Below, in pieces: positions 25,001 through 38,798 of a stretch of 64,000 bases of DNA. The DNA is from Microbotryum violaceum (taxonomy: Eukaryota), in assembly GCA_001244265.2 (NCBI GenBank), contig CDLV01000005.1, forward strand, positions 2,046,001-2,110,000. Direction: 5' to 3'. Below the pieces are notes generated by a model. That model saw nothing but the letters and a program-made list of their open reading frames with translations. It did not search any database and had not been told where the DNA came from. The stretch's first letter is position 1; each line of letters begins with the position of its first letter. Both the position numbers and the translations under genes were made by a program.

Positions 25001-25466
25001 AGATCCACCCGGGTTGAGCATCGATGAGGGGGGGCGGATGAGAAGAAAGGTACGGCGCTGCGGCGGACGCGAGGGGCGGGGGCATCGGGACGGCGCCATG
25101 GAGCGAGTACGAGTCGGACGGCTGGACATTCTCTGGAGGTGAAGCATAGTCGGACGTCACGGGCGATACTGTGGGTAGCGAGTGGGTCGAAGACCCGGTC
25201 GCGTCCACTCCGGACCAGGACGCTCGGTTCGACCACTGCGAATTGGCGTCGCTCTCGTGACTTGGGTATCGCGAAGGCATCGACCGCGCATACGCGGTGT
25301 TGCTGGCCTCGTACTGGTGTCGGGGAGTATGTGTTGGAAGGTACGAGTCGTAGTAAAGCGCTGGTTGCGGCTGCGGCGGATGACTGCTGTACGGCCTCGC
25401 TCGAGGGTCGTCAAAATTCGCCGAGTCGAGGTTGGGCACCGAGTCGTACCCTTGCGGTGGAGGCAT
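22072..25466 (-). CDS. Uncharacterised multi-exon protein: low-complexity N-terminus, several CxxC pairs, globular C-terminal domain
   Basis: ORFs 24486-25466, 23410-24642, 22579-23289 and 22267-22494 join through GT-AG introns. Motifs CLVC..CINC, CDVC..CSHC and DCGGGGGLRLGVGKWRCKQLF. Confidence 0.75.
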
Positions 25467-28107
25467 CGAAGGATGGAGCGCATGCCCCGGTGCAGGACCA
25501 TAATCACGTATTGAGTCTGACGGGTACCTCGGTAGACCATGCGGCGCCAGGTTAATCTGATTCAGATGGAGATGATGTTCCTGTGTGAGATAATGCGCAG
25601 CCGTTTCGAGCGGCGTTCGGATTTGAGACTCGACCTCCGACGCCGAAGTTGCGGGAGCGAAAGAGAACGAGTCGAGGTACGCCTCGGCGTTGGCGATCGC
25701 TCGGGTGGAGTGTCGGGCTTCAATAACCTATTTGGGGAAGAGGGGATGAATCACACCAAAAAGACGATTAGTTTGGAGCAGATTTAGGGCGTGATAGGGA
25801 GGCAGGGGTATGCAGTTGGCCAGGTCCTCGAGTGATCCTCGACGTCAGGACCGCGGGCCAGCTCGTCCAGATGCGCACTGATGTCCGGCGCGGGCGGGTC
25901 TCGGGCATTACAGGCATTACAGGCACATCCTCACCGGGCAAACACAACGCCGTCGAGCCAAATGGCACAGAGTGAGAAAAGCCGTGTGAGAAGTTACGTA
26001 CTGCTTCACGACTTTGTCTCTGTATATAGTCAGCACGATACATCAAAGCGGTCAGCGCCCGGCATTCTGCACTGAGCACGGCTCATTCGCGGATCTGTCC
26101 TCGTGACTTTGGTCGTCTCGGGGCCGAACTAGGCCAACTCACCCGCTGATACATTTCGGGCCATGAATCGACCAGCTCGCCAACGCGGCTCCAGACCTCT
26201 TCGCCAGGGATCGACGAGAGCGCCGTCGAATAGGCGTCGACGGCGCCTGCCATAGCTCTCGCTAGCACCGGGGTCGCTGTGGTGGTGCCTTAAGGCCTTA
26301 AGGCCTGAAGTGCGCAAAGACAAGTTGAGGGGTCGGCGAAGAGTGGGAGGCGTCGGAAGCGGGAACGCGCAGAGGCGCTTCGCTCCCAGTTGATGGCAAG
26401 CCTTAAGTGAGCTTGCACAACAAGGGTCGGGAATGCCTTTGATGCCGAAGCTCTTGAGCGATGGGTTCTCAGGCCGTTCGAGTGGGTCTGAAGTATGGTG
26501 GGTGGCAAGTCGAACACGATCCTTTCGAAGAGAGTGCAGTAGGTCGTACAGAGTCGGTCGTCAGGTCGGGGCACTGGGGGGCCGGAAAGTCGAAACTGGA
26601 GCAAAAGCACGGCCCTTGTCAGCCGCTGGCAAAGACAAGGGCGGCGTAACGCGTCCGCGGCAATAGGTAATGAAATTGGGAGCGTGCCACGAAGAAGACG
26701 TGGTCTGACGTGCTAGAAGATTAGGAAGCGAGTTCGTCAAAAAACAGAAGAAACTCCTATTGGATGGACAACAACAGCAACACCAACAACGCCAGGCATG
26801 CTGCTATACCACCTCTTCGCCCTGACCCTCCCGATCCTCCCGGCCAGGCCCCCGCCACCACCACCAAATCATACTCCACCGCGGGTGCGCTGAGTCGTTG
26901 TCGCTCACGCGCTCACGCTCGCCCAAAGCGCCATGCACTCTGCCGGCTCTGCCCCTGCCCTCATCTCGCTAATCGCATCCGGTTTTGGCCCCCGGGCGCC
27001 AGTTGGATGCAAGCAGCAGCGTCACTTTTGTCCATTGATTTTTGCGACAAAAAGGCATGTCTGATCGCCGAGACCGGACTTTCGAATTAAGGGGAACGAG
27101 AGATTAGTGACATTTACTGAAGGCCGGCACGAATAGGCTTGCACAGCGTATAGATCGGACACCGGTACCGGTGATTTTGAACGTTTAACGTCAGGGCGAG
27201 GTCGGGGGTCCGTGTCTCACATCCCGTCCAGGGCCGTTTAGAGAATTAAGCGATGCGGATTCTCACCGAAGCGGCATGTCGCCTGACCCAAAATCATGCT
27301 TTGATCCGCTTTGACCGTAAACTCTCCTGGTGGTTGAGCATCCACAATCGAGTATTGCCGAGGGCATCAAAGACAGTCAACGGCGTTGATGCAGCTTAAG
27401 CCGTGCGTGCAAGCCGAAACGGTGATCGTCGTCGGGCCAAGGTTTCACCGGTTCAGCTCCGAGTCCCGTTTGGCCGGATCGCGCGCGCCGCTTCACGGGT
27501 GGGTTTTAAGACTCAGCTGGACATGCATAATGTTGAAACCTACTCGCGGCTTTTGAAAGTTTCCGAGATACTCAGCGTCTAATTAATTTCTAAGAGACCT
27601 CCCTGGTCTGGCGAGACGGCACCTGAAGAGCACCAAGTCCGAAGTAGTAAGCGCTGCTTTGTCTGTTCGGAGATTTGATCGACCTGCAACTGCTTCTCGG
27701 CCCCCAAACTCGGGTTCTTCACTTCGGTGTTGAACAAGTATAGCCCAGAATAGGTCTGATCTTGTAGGGATTTGTGTTCCTTAACTACCTTTTATTCACG
27801 TTACTTGTCACAACGTCTTCATCCTCCCAAAAAAGGCCCAGCGCCAATCAGATCCATCTCTTCATCGACTTCCTCATCGAGCTACTTGCATTCCAACACC
27901 ACTCTCTTCTGCCACAAAAAAGCTTCATAAAGACGATTGTTACATGGACGAAAGCGATCGAAATCAGAAAAGAACAAAAGAAAGCAAGCTCGTCCATTCA
28001 ATCCCCCGAATAGGAGGGCCTTCGAGCAAACCCATCTAATTCTACACGACACGAACAACCACAGAATTCACCATGACACGACAATCCATCATCCCCTTCC
28101 CCCCCTC

Positions 28108-30263
28108 TCAAGCCGCCCAAGCATGGCTAATCAAGCGTTGTGTAGCCAACAGGCCATAGTACTTGACGTCCGGGTCGGCGTGGTTCATTAGTTCCATCAC
28201 GCGACCTTTAGCACCAAGCGAGTCGAGGGATCTGTATCGGTTGAGAGAAGGACATGAGCTCTTTGTTCACAATGAGAGGTTGGGTGCATGTATCACACAC
28301 TTCTTGCCTGTATCGCAGAACTTGACGTATTGGGCGATATCGTTAGCCGCGACGGCGAGAACGAGCGGTTCCTGGGCAGTCGCGAGCACGTTGACGAGTG
28401 CCCTGAGGTGTCAAGATCGGGTTCACAATGTCAGCACCGGTCCAAACAACTTCGTATCATGAGAAACGTACTTGAGCAATTCACGTTCCTTATCATTCAG
28501 CTTGGCGGCGTTGTCGCGCCAAAAGTCATCGTTCTTGTGCGGTGGGGTCCACGACAACTGCCCCGACTGCACTTCGGACTTGTACTCGTCGAAAGTACTA
28601 AGAAGAACGAAACCAAACAAATCAGCTTATCTGCCCCTCCAAGACATCGAATGCGTGCCCGCGCACTCACGTCAACCCCTCAAAGCTCTTTGTCAATTCC
28701 TCGACCAAGAATTCGACATCTTCCTTGATCTCATCATCGGACCATTTACGACTCGCCAACGTCTTGACGAACGGTAATAACTTGGCGACCAACATGGCAG
28801 GTAAGTTCTCCGTCGGCGCTTTGGTGACCAAGTTGCGTAAAGCGGCGACGACGATCCGGATCACTTTCTCCTTCAAGGCTTGACGCGCGAGGTCGGCCAG
28901 GAGGGGAATTATGTTGCGGCGGCTGTGGCAAGGGCAGCAATCATCAGAATCAGTAAAACCGTACTTTCGAAAAAAAAAAACGGTTGATGCTGAGCCAGTA
29001 TGTAGGGAGCACCCACGCGTTGATTTTTTCCGCGATCGGGGTATCGAACGTCAACAACCAAAAGCAAAAGCCGAGTTGGTACTGCATCTGCGCGGACGGG
29101 TTCGTCTTCAATAATTGAACGAGGCTGTGGGAAGCAAAATAATAAGATCATCAGCACGTAACTCTACGCGTGCTACATGCCATGCCAGCCTTTTGTAAAA
29201 GCGCACCCTTTGATGGCTTTGGAGGATTCGGCGCCGTCCTTTGAATCGGCTTGCCACGCCGCCGTTCGAATCTTTTCGATCCTCAATGCGCTACCGAGGC
29301 ATTGTACACCCACGTCCTGTGCTTCCGGATCCGCTTGATTGCCTATTCCAGTAAAAGAAACGGTGTGATCTCAGTCGTCCCCCCTTCACTTCTGACACCG
29401 CACGACGAGAGCGCAGATACGAACGGATGAGCGCCGAAAGAGCTGCCAACACTTTGGTGACCACTGCGTCTGGTGGGTTGGGATCGCCACCGATGACGGT
29501 CGAGATGACGGCCGCGGATTTGGAACGAACGAAATCGTCTTGCGAGTCGAGGTGTCTAGAAGGGAGGGAGGGAGGGAGGGTGAAAGGGAGTCAGGGTCAA
29601 GCTCTTGCCGGGTATTCTCGAGCTGGACATACTTGAGTAGAGGTGAGTAGGGATCGTTTTGGGACAAGAACAACGGGATTCGATCGTCCTTATCTGCAGT
29701 CGACCAGAAACGGCACCCAAGACTCAGTTTTGACGGCCTAGCAGTGGGGGGGGAGGGGTAACCTCCGCTCGACTCGGGGAACTGACCATTGAGGAAGTCG
29801 GCGACGAGCACGAGGATATACTGCAGGGTGTCGTTCCTCGACAACTTGCTCAACAACCTCACGTACAAATCCGCGTAGGTGTCCGATTCCTGTAGCGAGC
29901 GACGATGAGGTGGGTCAAGTTCAATTCGACGTTCGGAGCGGGGGTGCTTGTAGCGATGACGGTGTACTTACAGCTTGCAAGACGGACTCGGCTTGGGCTT
30001 TCCCACCCGCGACACGTTGAATTAGCGCAACGTCATCCTGACTGAGCAAGCCCGCACGTTGGTAACCCTGTGTGAACGCAGCGTCGACCGAGCGATGATG
30101 ATGACGATGACGATGACGATGGAGGTTGGTCGTCCGCCCGGGTAGGATCGACGTCAGTGCGGTGTCTTTTGTGGGTCTGGTGTATGGGTTCACTGACCTC
30201 CCAAGGTATGGCTTTACTTCGGATCTTGAGTGACCGATCGCTGAGGTAGACGTTGCTGATCAT
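28108..30263 (-). CDS. VMA13: V-type ATPase subunit H
   Basis: IRSKAIPWE, KEKVIRIVVAALRNL, RKWSDDEIKEDV, LSWTPPHKNDDFWRDNA, LGAKGRVMELMNHADPDVKY across many exons. Confidence 0.95.
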
Positions 30264-30499
30264 TCTTTCCAAGGTGGAGCGAGCGCGCTTGGGAACGAAG
30301 CGGCGGAGAGCAAGAGCCGGCTGGGCGGGTGCGGATAGCGCAGCCGACCTCGAGTCGATCGACAAGGCACTTTTTGCAAGTGGGGTATATTGCGAGGAGT
30401 CTTCTCCGCCACCGACAACTCTGGCTCAGTAATGAAACAACATGGTAGCCATAAAATTCGTACACTCTATCACACAACAACAACCCCACTCGCCCCACT

Positions 30500-32671
30500 T
30501 TAAGAAGCATGCATGCTACTCCTCCTCGCCAATACGAGACCCACCACCAACGCCCCCACCGCCATCAACGTACTCGCATTGAACGCCGCTCGAAAACATT
30601 CCTTGCCCAGTAAGCAAAGATGCGAATGGTCGATTTCACCCCCTGCTCTTTTTTCCATGGTGTCGAAAGAGCGGGAGAGGAGACGGAAAGTTGTCGGCTC
30701 GGTGTGGCCTTTCGAATGATCGACCTTGGCGTCGTAGAGGATCCCAAAGAGCCCGTTGAGCAGGTTACCAAACACCGAAGGGGCTAAAGTGAGAAGACCG
30801 TTGTTGGTCGCGAAAAATCGGACGCCGAAGCGTTCGAGGCAGACGATGGGAGAAAGCGCGAACATGGCTCCGTAGGCGAATCTGAGGAGAGACCAGTCAG
30901 CATCTGGGCGGAAAAGCTCGCCAGGCTGGGAAACTGCTCACCCCGTCAGAGCCGTAGGCAGTAGAAGAGAATCCACTCCATCCGCACCTCTCGCAAACAG
31001 TTGGGAGATGACAAACAACAACGCCGTCGGGACTGCCGGTTCGACGCGGCTTAGCAAATCAGTAACCACACCCTTGGCCCAATTCAAAACAAAGGATGGC
31101 CTAGCCCAGACTGACCGTACCACCAGATCCTCTGGAACCTCCATTCGACGCTAACGTGATGCGTGAAATGATCCGCCGAAAAGCCCGCGGCCAACCGTCC
31201 AAGGCAGTTGCAGATCGAAAGGAGCGAAACGAGATGGGCCTGTAAAGGATTTTGCCCGCTGTTTAGCCCACTGTCATCGTTGGTGACCTTGGCTGATCGT
31301 GGAGAGCTCCTCACCTGAGATGCGGCTACTGTTCGTGGGTTTTCACCGATTAGGAATGTGGCGACTTGGGTTCCGATGTTGTTGATGACTGTACGTCACC
31401 ACAAGCCTCAGTCAGGCACGTCCCGCTTCCCAGCGAATCGCACCACCTTGAACTCACACATCAACCCAATCCCCGCGCACAACCCCAAATACGTAAAACA
31501 CAACCAAAAATCCATCGTCGACACCAACGTCCTGAAATCCGTATCGACCGACGCCAGATCCCTCCCCTCTTTGCCCGTTCGAGGACTCTGACTTCGACTT
31601 CGACTTCGACTTCGACTTGGTCTCGAGCGTCGTGGCCTCCTGATGGGTTCACCGATGAAGAATTCTTCTTCGTCGTCGGAGGCTGACGAGTCGTCTACTT
31701 GGACGGGGGATATGGAGCGATGATGTTGTGTCGCTGTCGCTGTGGTTGCTGGGGTGTGTTCGTCGGACGAGGGCCCGGGCATGGGAGCGTTGAGGCCGTC
31801 GATGGGGAGGTAGTCGTTTCGTCTCGAGACGGCGGGGACGACGCCATTGCGGATGAAGAAGGTACCCAAGAGCATCGAGGAGGTACACCCTACGACGAGG
31901 ACGGTCAGGAACGATGATGTCGGGTCGCTTGACGAGGAAGTAAGGAGCGAGGCGTGGGAGAGGGTCGAGTCTGTGGCAAGGCATCGTACCGGTCTATGAG
32001 CTCTTGTCCGAGACCCAAGATCTCAGTACTCTCTGCTCTCGCACTGACAGAAAAAGGCACTAAGGCCGAAACAGGACACGACCGCGGCGATGGCGCTCCC
32101 TCTTCTTTGCGGGGAGAAAGCTTTGCTCGTCCCGTTGACGGCACTCGACAAGCCGGCCGAGGAACCGAGCCCGGTTGCTAACTCGGCAAGAGCGAGTCCT
32201 GTGACGCCGGAAGAGGCGAAGAGACCGCTGTGACCTCCTGCGTAGATGGCTTTGACGTACGAGTCTGTCGGGAGGTGAGGTTGGTTAGACTCGGCTTCGG
32301 TTTCTGGCACGGCTCGAGGTGGGACCCACATCCGACGAGCAAACAAACAGCGGCAAGAAAGAGTGGCAATCTCGGTCCTTTTCGATCGACGATGATGCCG
32401 AGAAAAGGTCCACTCAGATAGACCCCTTTATGATGAAGCGGTATCGACGTTAGTTGGTATCCGCGACACAGAGAAAGCCACGGGATCACGCAGAGCGTGT
32501 TCACTAACCTGCATTGCCACTTGCTCCGACGATGTTGAGCTGCTTCGAGTTGAGATGCAACCTCGATGCGAGTTGAGGCGCGTAGAGCGAGTAGATGTAG
32601 TTGGTGCCCGAGGAGAGGGACACGATCATCGCGCTGAGGAGCAGCAATTGTTGAGCCGAGAGGATCGCCAT
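30500..32671 (-). CDS. MFS transporter, Mch1/nodulin-like
   Basis: SGTNYIYSLYAPQLASRL, GIIVDRKGPR, FGLSAFF, SLLSICNCLGRLAAG, ERFGVRFFATNNG. Stop TAA at 30502-30500. Confidence 0.88.
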
Positions 32672-32782
32672 CGTGGTGCAGTAGGCTTGGAGGTGGGAGC
32701 GACGTTTCGAGTATCGTTATTGTCCAAGGCGTGTTACAGCCCGTGCGTCGTCACCGGCCTGTCCCCGGATCCGAGGACGTGC

Positions 32783-32847
32783 CTCGACGTGACCGAACCT
32801 CCTGTAAAGACTCGACGTGACCGAGCCTCCTGTAAAGACTTGACGTG
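32783..32847. repeat. 28-bp tandem repeat (about 2.3 copies) in the divergent MFS/KEX1 intergenic region
   Basis: CTCGACGTGACCGA(A/G)CCTCCTGTAAAGA repeated; each unit carries GACGTG. Confidence 0.85.
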
Positions 32848-33198
32848 CCGCTGCCACGAGATGACGAGGGGTGGAGACTTGAAGATGACGGGGATGCTAC
32901 AACGAGCGAGATCAAGGTACACGACTCACACCCCGAGCGCCGGGGCAGCGACGTACTAGCCACGTGCTCAAAGTCAAAGGACGCTCCAGCTGAAGAAGGT
33001 GCCTGAAATTGCTGAAAGGCGCTCCATCTACCCGACGCTCCACTCGGCTTCTCCGCTCGGACCCTCTCGGCCTGCCTTGCCCGCAGCCGCGTCCCGCCTT
33101 GGCCCGCCTCGACGCTGATGTCCTCCTCTGATCGCTGCCCTTGCCGGCAATCAGCCTGTGCCGTAACCGTAACACCGCGTCGAGTGCTCTAGCTCGGG

Positions 33199-36135
33199 AT
33201 GAGAGTCGGACAAGGTGGCAGGGTACCGCCTAGGGTACGGACACCCCAACGACACGACGTCGAGGCGTCGCACACGACACGAGCACCACCCCGGAGCGAC
33301 CTCCTGAGCGGGCAGATCGCACGACGAGCAGCTGAGGAGACCGGCCTCGACGGCCAGACGGACCGACTGCCTACAGCAGCTGAGCTCTACATCTCGCATC
33401 TACCCGGATTGCGTCAGTCTGCGCACGCCGCTGTAAGCTACTCGTGGGGAGAGCTGACCCCGGCCCGACGGTCTCACCCCGTCCAGCTTCGGACGACACG
33501 ACAACCTTGTTCGGTGGCACCTTACCTGCCACCGCTGCAGCATCAGCAACCTCGACCGACCACTCGGACGCGCACCTCTACTTTCTCATGGCCCAACCGA
33601 GGCATATCCCCAATCGACATCGCCTCATCATCTGGTTCAACGGTGGGCCAGGCTGTAGTTCACTCGATGGAGCGTGAGTCCCGCGCGCGAGAATTCGGAT
33701 AAGCGACGAGTCCTCGTCCTCAATCTTGGCTGGTTCCGCTACAGCTTCATCGAAAATGGACCTTTCCGAGTCAACAAGGATGGAAAGACGTTGAAAAAGG
33801 TCGTGTCGAGTTGGAACGAATACGCAACCGTCATCTTTCGTCAGTTTCCCCTCAAAAAGGGAAACTTGCTCGCTCCACCCAAATCATCCCACCAGGCGGC
33901 TGACACTTTTTCACATCCTCACAGTCGACCAACCGGCCGGCACCGGTTTCTCGTACGCCACCTCGGACTTTGTCACCCAACTCGACACCGCCGCGGACCA
34001 AGTCGTCGAATTCCTCATCAACCTCTACTCGATCTTCCCTGAACTATCGACTATGGACACCTACCTCGCTGGCGAATCCTACGCGGGTCAATACATTCCT
34101 TATATCGCTTCGGCGATCCTCGAAACGGCGAGGATCAAGATACCCCTCAAGGGACTCGTCATGGGTAATGGGTGGTACTCACCCAAGGATCAATATCCCG
34201 CTTATCTCGATTATTTGGTCCAACGCAAGTTGGTGACGAAAGGGAGTGCGACGTACAAGACTATTCAAAAGACGACGGAAGAATGTTTGAAAACTTTGCA
34301 CGAGATGGAGGTCAAGGATCCGCAGATGAAGGGATCGACCGTCGTAGGGACATGCGAACAGATCTTGAATGACGTTACAGAGGGGACCAAGAAGGGGTGA
34401 GTACGAGCAGATTGACATGGGATACTTTGCTGAACTCTCGTTTGCCTCCTCTGCAGTGACCTTTGTCTCAATCAGTCAGTTTCGCGCTATCAATTTTGAA
34501 CCCTGACAAGGTGGCTAATGACATGCCCCCCACCAGGTACGACACCTCGTCCTACAACCGATGCGAAGAAGAATGGCCACCCGAGGTCACCCAAGTGCAA
34601 CGTTACTTACGAGTTGAGTTTGAGAAAGACAAGATCCTCTCTTGTTCGGGGCCACTGATCTCTTTCCTTCTTCGCCCTCAACTAGCACCCTAACGTCGTC
34701 TCAGCTTTACACGCGCAAAAGGGAGCACGATGGTCACAATGTTCCTCGGCCGTAGGGTCGAGGTTCTGGGCCTCAAATTCAGTGCCTTCAGTCGCTTTGT
34801 TGCCCAAATTGTTGGATGAGGAGATCCCGTGAGTTCCGGAGAGCCTTGGATTTAGGGCCGAAATTGCTTGTACTGACGAACTTGTTGGTGGCTCGGTCAG
34901 GATTTTGTTGTATTCCGGTGGTCGGGATCTGATGTGTTGTGGCTTGGGTGTGGAGCGGATGATCGAAGGGCTCGAATGGGGAGGCCTTAAAGGATTCGTA
35001 GGTCGGGAAACCTGTCAAGAGGTAGACCATCACCGGCGACACAGTCCTGACAAGTGCCTTGTCCTCCTCTAGAACGATACCCCTGCGCTCGAGTGGAGCG
35101 TCGATGGTCGTTTGGCGGGGAGCTGGAAATCGGCAAGAGGATTGACGTTCGTAAATGTCTTGGACGCTTCGCATAGTCAGTACTCGATTATCCAGTCGTC
35201 GGTGACTCGAAACAACGTTGCTCAGCCCCTTCATTCTCGTCTCCTCACAGTGGTCCCTCGCGACCAACCTCTAGCCGCTCACGACATGCTACGTGAGTGC
35301 TCCTTCGCAACCTTCACCCCTCCTAATCATCCACCTGACCCCCATTTCCAATCCCCCCGCCCCCAAAGTCCGTTTCATGCGCGTCGACACCCTCCACGCT
35401 GCCGGTGCCGCCGCCCGAATCCCTTCCAGAATCAAAGGTAGTTCCGAAACGGGTGATACCGTTTTAGGCGTAACGACACCCGAGGGGAAGACCTTGACGG
35501 ACGTCGTACCTTTGGATCCCGATTCACCTTTATTGGATCGACCGATGGGGGAAGCGGCGGCGGAAGGGAAAGCTGTAGGAGGTTCAGCGGGGTTGGGAGG
35601 GGTGAAGGAGGAAGGCTCGACGACGATGGGAAAGGCGGGAATGGGTGATGGGAGAGGTGGACTCGTCGCGGGAGCTGGAGTGACAGTACCGCTTTTGACG
35701 GAGAAACAACATGAAGCTTTATATGGACCCCGCAGGACATTGTTCCTCGTTGTTCTGCTCGTTGTAGGAGGGTTAGGGATTTGGGCATGGTTGAAGTGGA
35801 GGAGGAAGAGGAGGGTCGCGAGGAGGGCTGGGAAGGGCAAAGGGAGGGAAAGGGAGAGGGAAGGTGTTTATGTGAGGTTGGGGGAGAGGAAGGGGAGCAT
35901 TCGATTGAGGGAGGAGGAGGAGCGGGTCGGCTTTGGCTTTGGGGGACCGAGTCGGATCGGCGGTGGTGCAGGTACGGACGCGGGGTTGGCGGTTGATACG
36001 AGACAGGTGTTTGATATTGGGGAGGATGATGAGGAAGAAGAGGAGGAGCACGAGGACGACGGAGGGGAAGAGGATGAGGAGACGTTGGGTGATTTAGGAG
36101 CGAGTCCGGGGGGGAGGAGAAGAGGGAGCGACTGA
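33199..36135 (+). CDS. KEX1: Kex1-like serine carboxypeptidase (S10), start codon uncertain
   Basis: [42 protein letters not shown] and ASHMVP (across an intron), then a C-terminal TM helix and acidic tail. Confidence 0.9.
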
Positions 36136-36427
36136 GGCAGTAGGGGGGGCAAGAGATTGATTCTCTTCCTCCATCTCTCCAAAGGTCCAGGCGGCATTTT
36201 CTATCTTTCAAGTACCAGTGCCCGCATGGTAATTTCTCGCTTGTTGTAATTCGACGCGCATCTCGCCTTGGCAATTCCCAATGCTGCAAGCTCAAACGGT
36301 ACATACCCCCTGCGTGGGGGAGTCAGAACTCTGTTTCACTTCATTCATGCAACATAATCCTTGCACCAGGACTCCAACGCAAAGGTCACGACTCGCACAG
36401 TCAGCCTGACCGCGGACAATGTGACCA

Positions 36428-38798
36428 TCAATCCAACCTCCGTCGCTTGTCGTCCGGTCCTCTCGGGCTCTGACTCCTCATCCTCGGCCGATCATCCCTT
36501 GTCCTCCGATCGTCGTAATCCGACTTGTCGTTCCTCCTCCCGTTCCCAGTATCCTTCGACCTCGCATCATCATAAGAAGGTCGATCGTTGCGTGATGATG
36601 ATGAAGAATGTCCGATCCCTTCTCGTCGTCGATTCGAGTTAGAGCCGCCGTATCCGTCTCGGTCCCTGTCACGACGATTATAATCCTGATCCCGGTCCCG
36701 ATCCCGGTCATCATACCTCGGTATATCCCTCTCCCTCTCACGGTCCTCGTACCCCTTCCTCGATGACGACCCTTCCCCCCTCCTATCATCCCCGTCCCTC
36801 CTCGGCCTCGGGGCATATCGATCCTCCGCACGACCGCCATCCCGATCATCATCCCTCCTCCCACTTTTTCCTCCTCGGTGGGATGACCATCCCTGATCCC
36901 TCGAAGGGGCGGCGTTGGCCCCTGAAGGCCCAGCAATGGTAGTAGTCGGGCAATCTTTTCTCATCTGCTCCAACAGGGACGAGAAGGTTTGCTTGCGGTC
37001 AGTTCGCCAAGTTCGAAACCTTCAGTCACCCGCTCGGACACCGCAAACTCACGTGCGGTCCCCCGCAATTGAAACAACCCGTGCCCGCACCTCCGCCACG
37101 TCCCCATTTCGCCTCCTTGGACGTATCCTGATCCGCCAAATGGGTGTACTTGCTCTGACTCATCTTGCCAAAGTTCTTGTTCTGCATCGCTTTGGGTAGA
37201 CTCGACATGTCCTTGACGGTCGAGACGGTCGGGGCGGTGAAGTCGTGTTTGGTGAGGATCTCGGCGTCGGCGTAGAAAGCTCCCTTGTGATGGTATTTCT
37301 GGCCAAAGACTGGGGTAGGGGCGGGAATATGGAGTGGGAGCGTGAGTTTATGGGGTTCGCCAGGGTTCGGGCTAGCTCGTCATTATGTGTAACTCACCTT
37401 GGGATCCTTTCTTCTTTTCGTCCCTCGTCTTCTTGGCATAGTCGAGATCCTCCTTGAGGCGCAACTGTTCGGGCATCGCTCGACGAGCCTCGACTTGCTC
37501 CCTCTCCTTCTCCTTACTGAAGCATAGAAGAAACAAACTCTGATCAGCCAACCTTTCTGCGGCCTGTTGCGCAAGCGGGAGGGAAGGACGAGCAATTGGC
37601 GATATACTTACGCATACCTCGACTCCTTGTCCCTCTTGATCCTCATCAACTCTCGCAACTTCCATGCCTCGAACTCGGCTTCCGGGTCCAAACCATCCGT
37701 ATCATCAACGTCGGGGAAGACGGCTTGCACTTCCTCTGCAGAAAACGGGATAGAAATCCGCCTCAGCTCTCGGCACTGTCCCCCTCCAAACGAGTCCACC
37801 TCTCACGCCTCCATCCCATCTCGGGTCGTTGTACTTACTCTGCGCCAACTCTCTGACGATGGACTGCGCGACCAAGTCGTGCGACTGTTGTTTCCTCGCC
37901 TGCAACTCTTGTTCCCTCTGCGCCTCGACGAACGAAGGGTCCAATGCGGCGTCGCGCGTGGCAAGCGTGTCGCGGTTTCGTCTGGGAAGCACGCACAAAT
38001 AATTAGTAAGCAGATTAGAACTAGAGAAAGCCCGATATGGTGAGAATCGGGTCAGACGCCAGCAAGGAAAGGCGGAAGCGGCACCACTGACTTTGAGACA
38101 AAGACGGGCTTGTAGATGGGTGCTCGCGCCTGTAGTTCCTCCTCTTCGGTTTCGGAATCGGTCTCGTATTCACTCGAGGATTCCTATGGGGTTATAAAAA
38201 AACAAAACTGAGATCATGGAGGAGTGGAGGGGCTTGTCGGTCCCGTTGGACTTGGGGGACGAACCTGCTGCTTGGCTGGGGGCGCTCCGAATGTCGATGC
38301 CGTTGGGGGCTGTGCAGCGCCGTGCTCATCTGGTGTACAATCCATCACGGGTTCAGTCCTGCTGTGAGCATGCGAGCGATGTGACACGGTGCAGCTCGCT
38401 CCATCGCGAAACTGACCCTCGTCGTCGTCGTCGTCGCTGCTCCCACTCTCCTCCTCCTGCTCCGGAATCCTCCGTGCGACCTTGACCTTGCCTCTCGCAT
38501 CCACCTCGACCCCAGTGATGGCGACCTGGATCGTATTGCCACTCCCATGGCCACTCGCACTCGCCGAGTCGAGGGTCGGCATCAACTTGAGCCCCTGCTT
38601 GCCCAACTGGTCCTGATCCCACGACTGCTTCCTATTCTCGTCCGGTCGGGCGAGATCGTCTTCGTCTTCGTCCGAATCATCTTCGTCGTTGTGGTAGGCT
38701 GATGCGTTCGACGTCCCGGGTAGGGGTTGGCCTTTCCTGTAGCGTGCAACGGGACGAGCGACTTGGGTCATTTTGGACGATGGTGGTCGAGGAGCCAT
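36428..38798 (-). CDS. MFAP1: MFAP1 spliceosomal protein with C-terminal zinc knuckle and RD-rich tail
   Basis: VDDTDGLDPEAEFEAWKLRELMRIKRDKE, KYHHKGAFY, LPKAMQNKNFGK..KYTHLADQDT, CFNCGGPH. Confidence 0.92.

Noticed and set aside
26764-26890. PDPPDPPG-containing ORF start resembling a LINE ORF1 N-terminus
   Set aside because: Short and low in complexity, with no downstream ORF1/ORF2 motifs, tail or nearby tRNA.
25768-27730. Short ORFs and possible structured RNA between the Cys-rich gene and VMA13
   Set aside because: No coherent gene model or recognisable RNA motif; a small spliced gene cannot be excluded.
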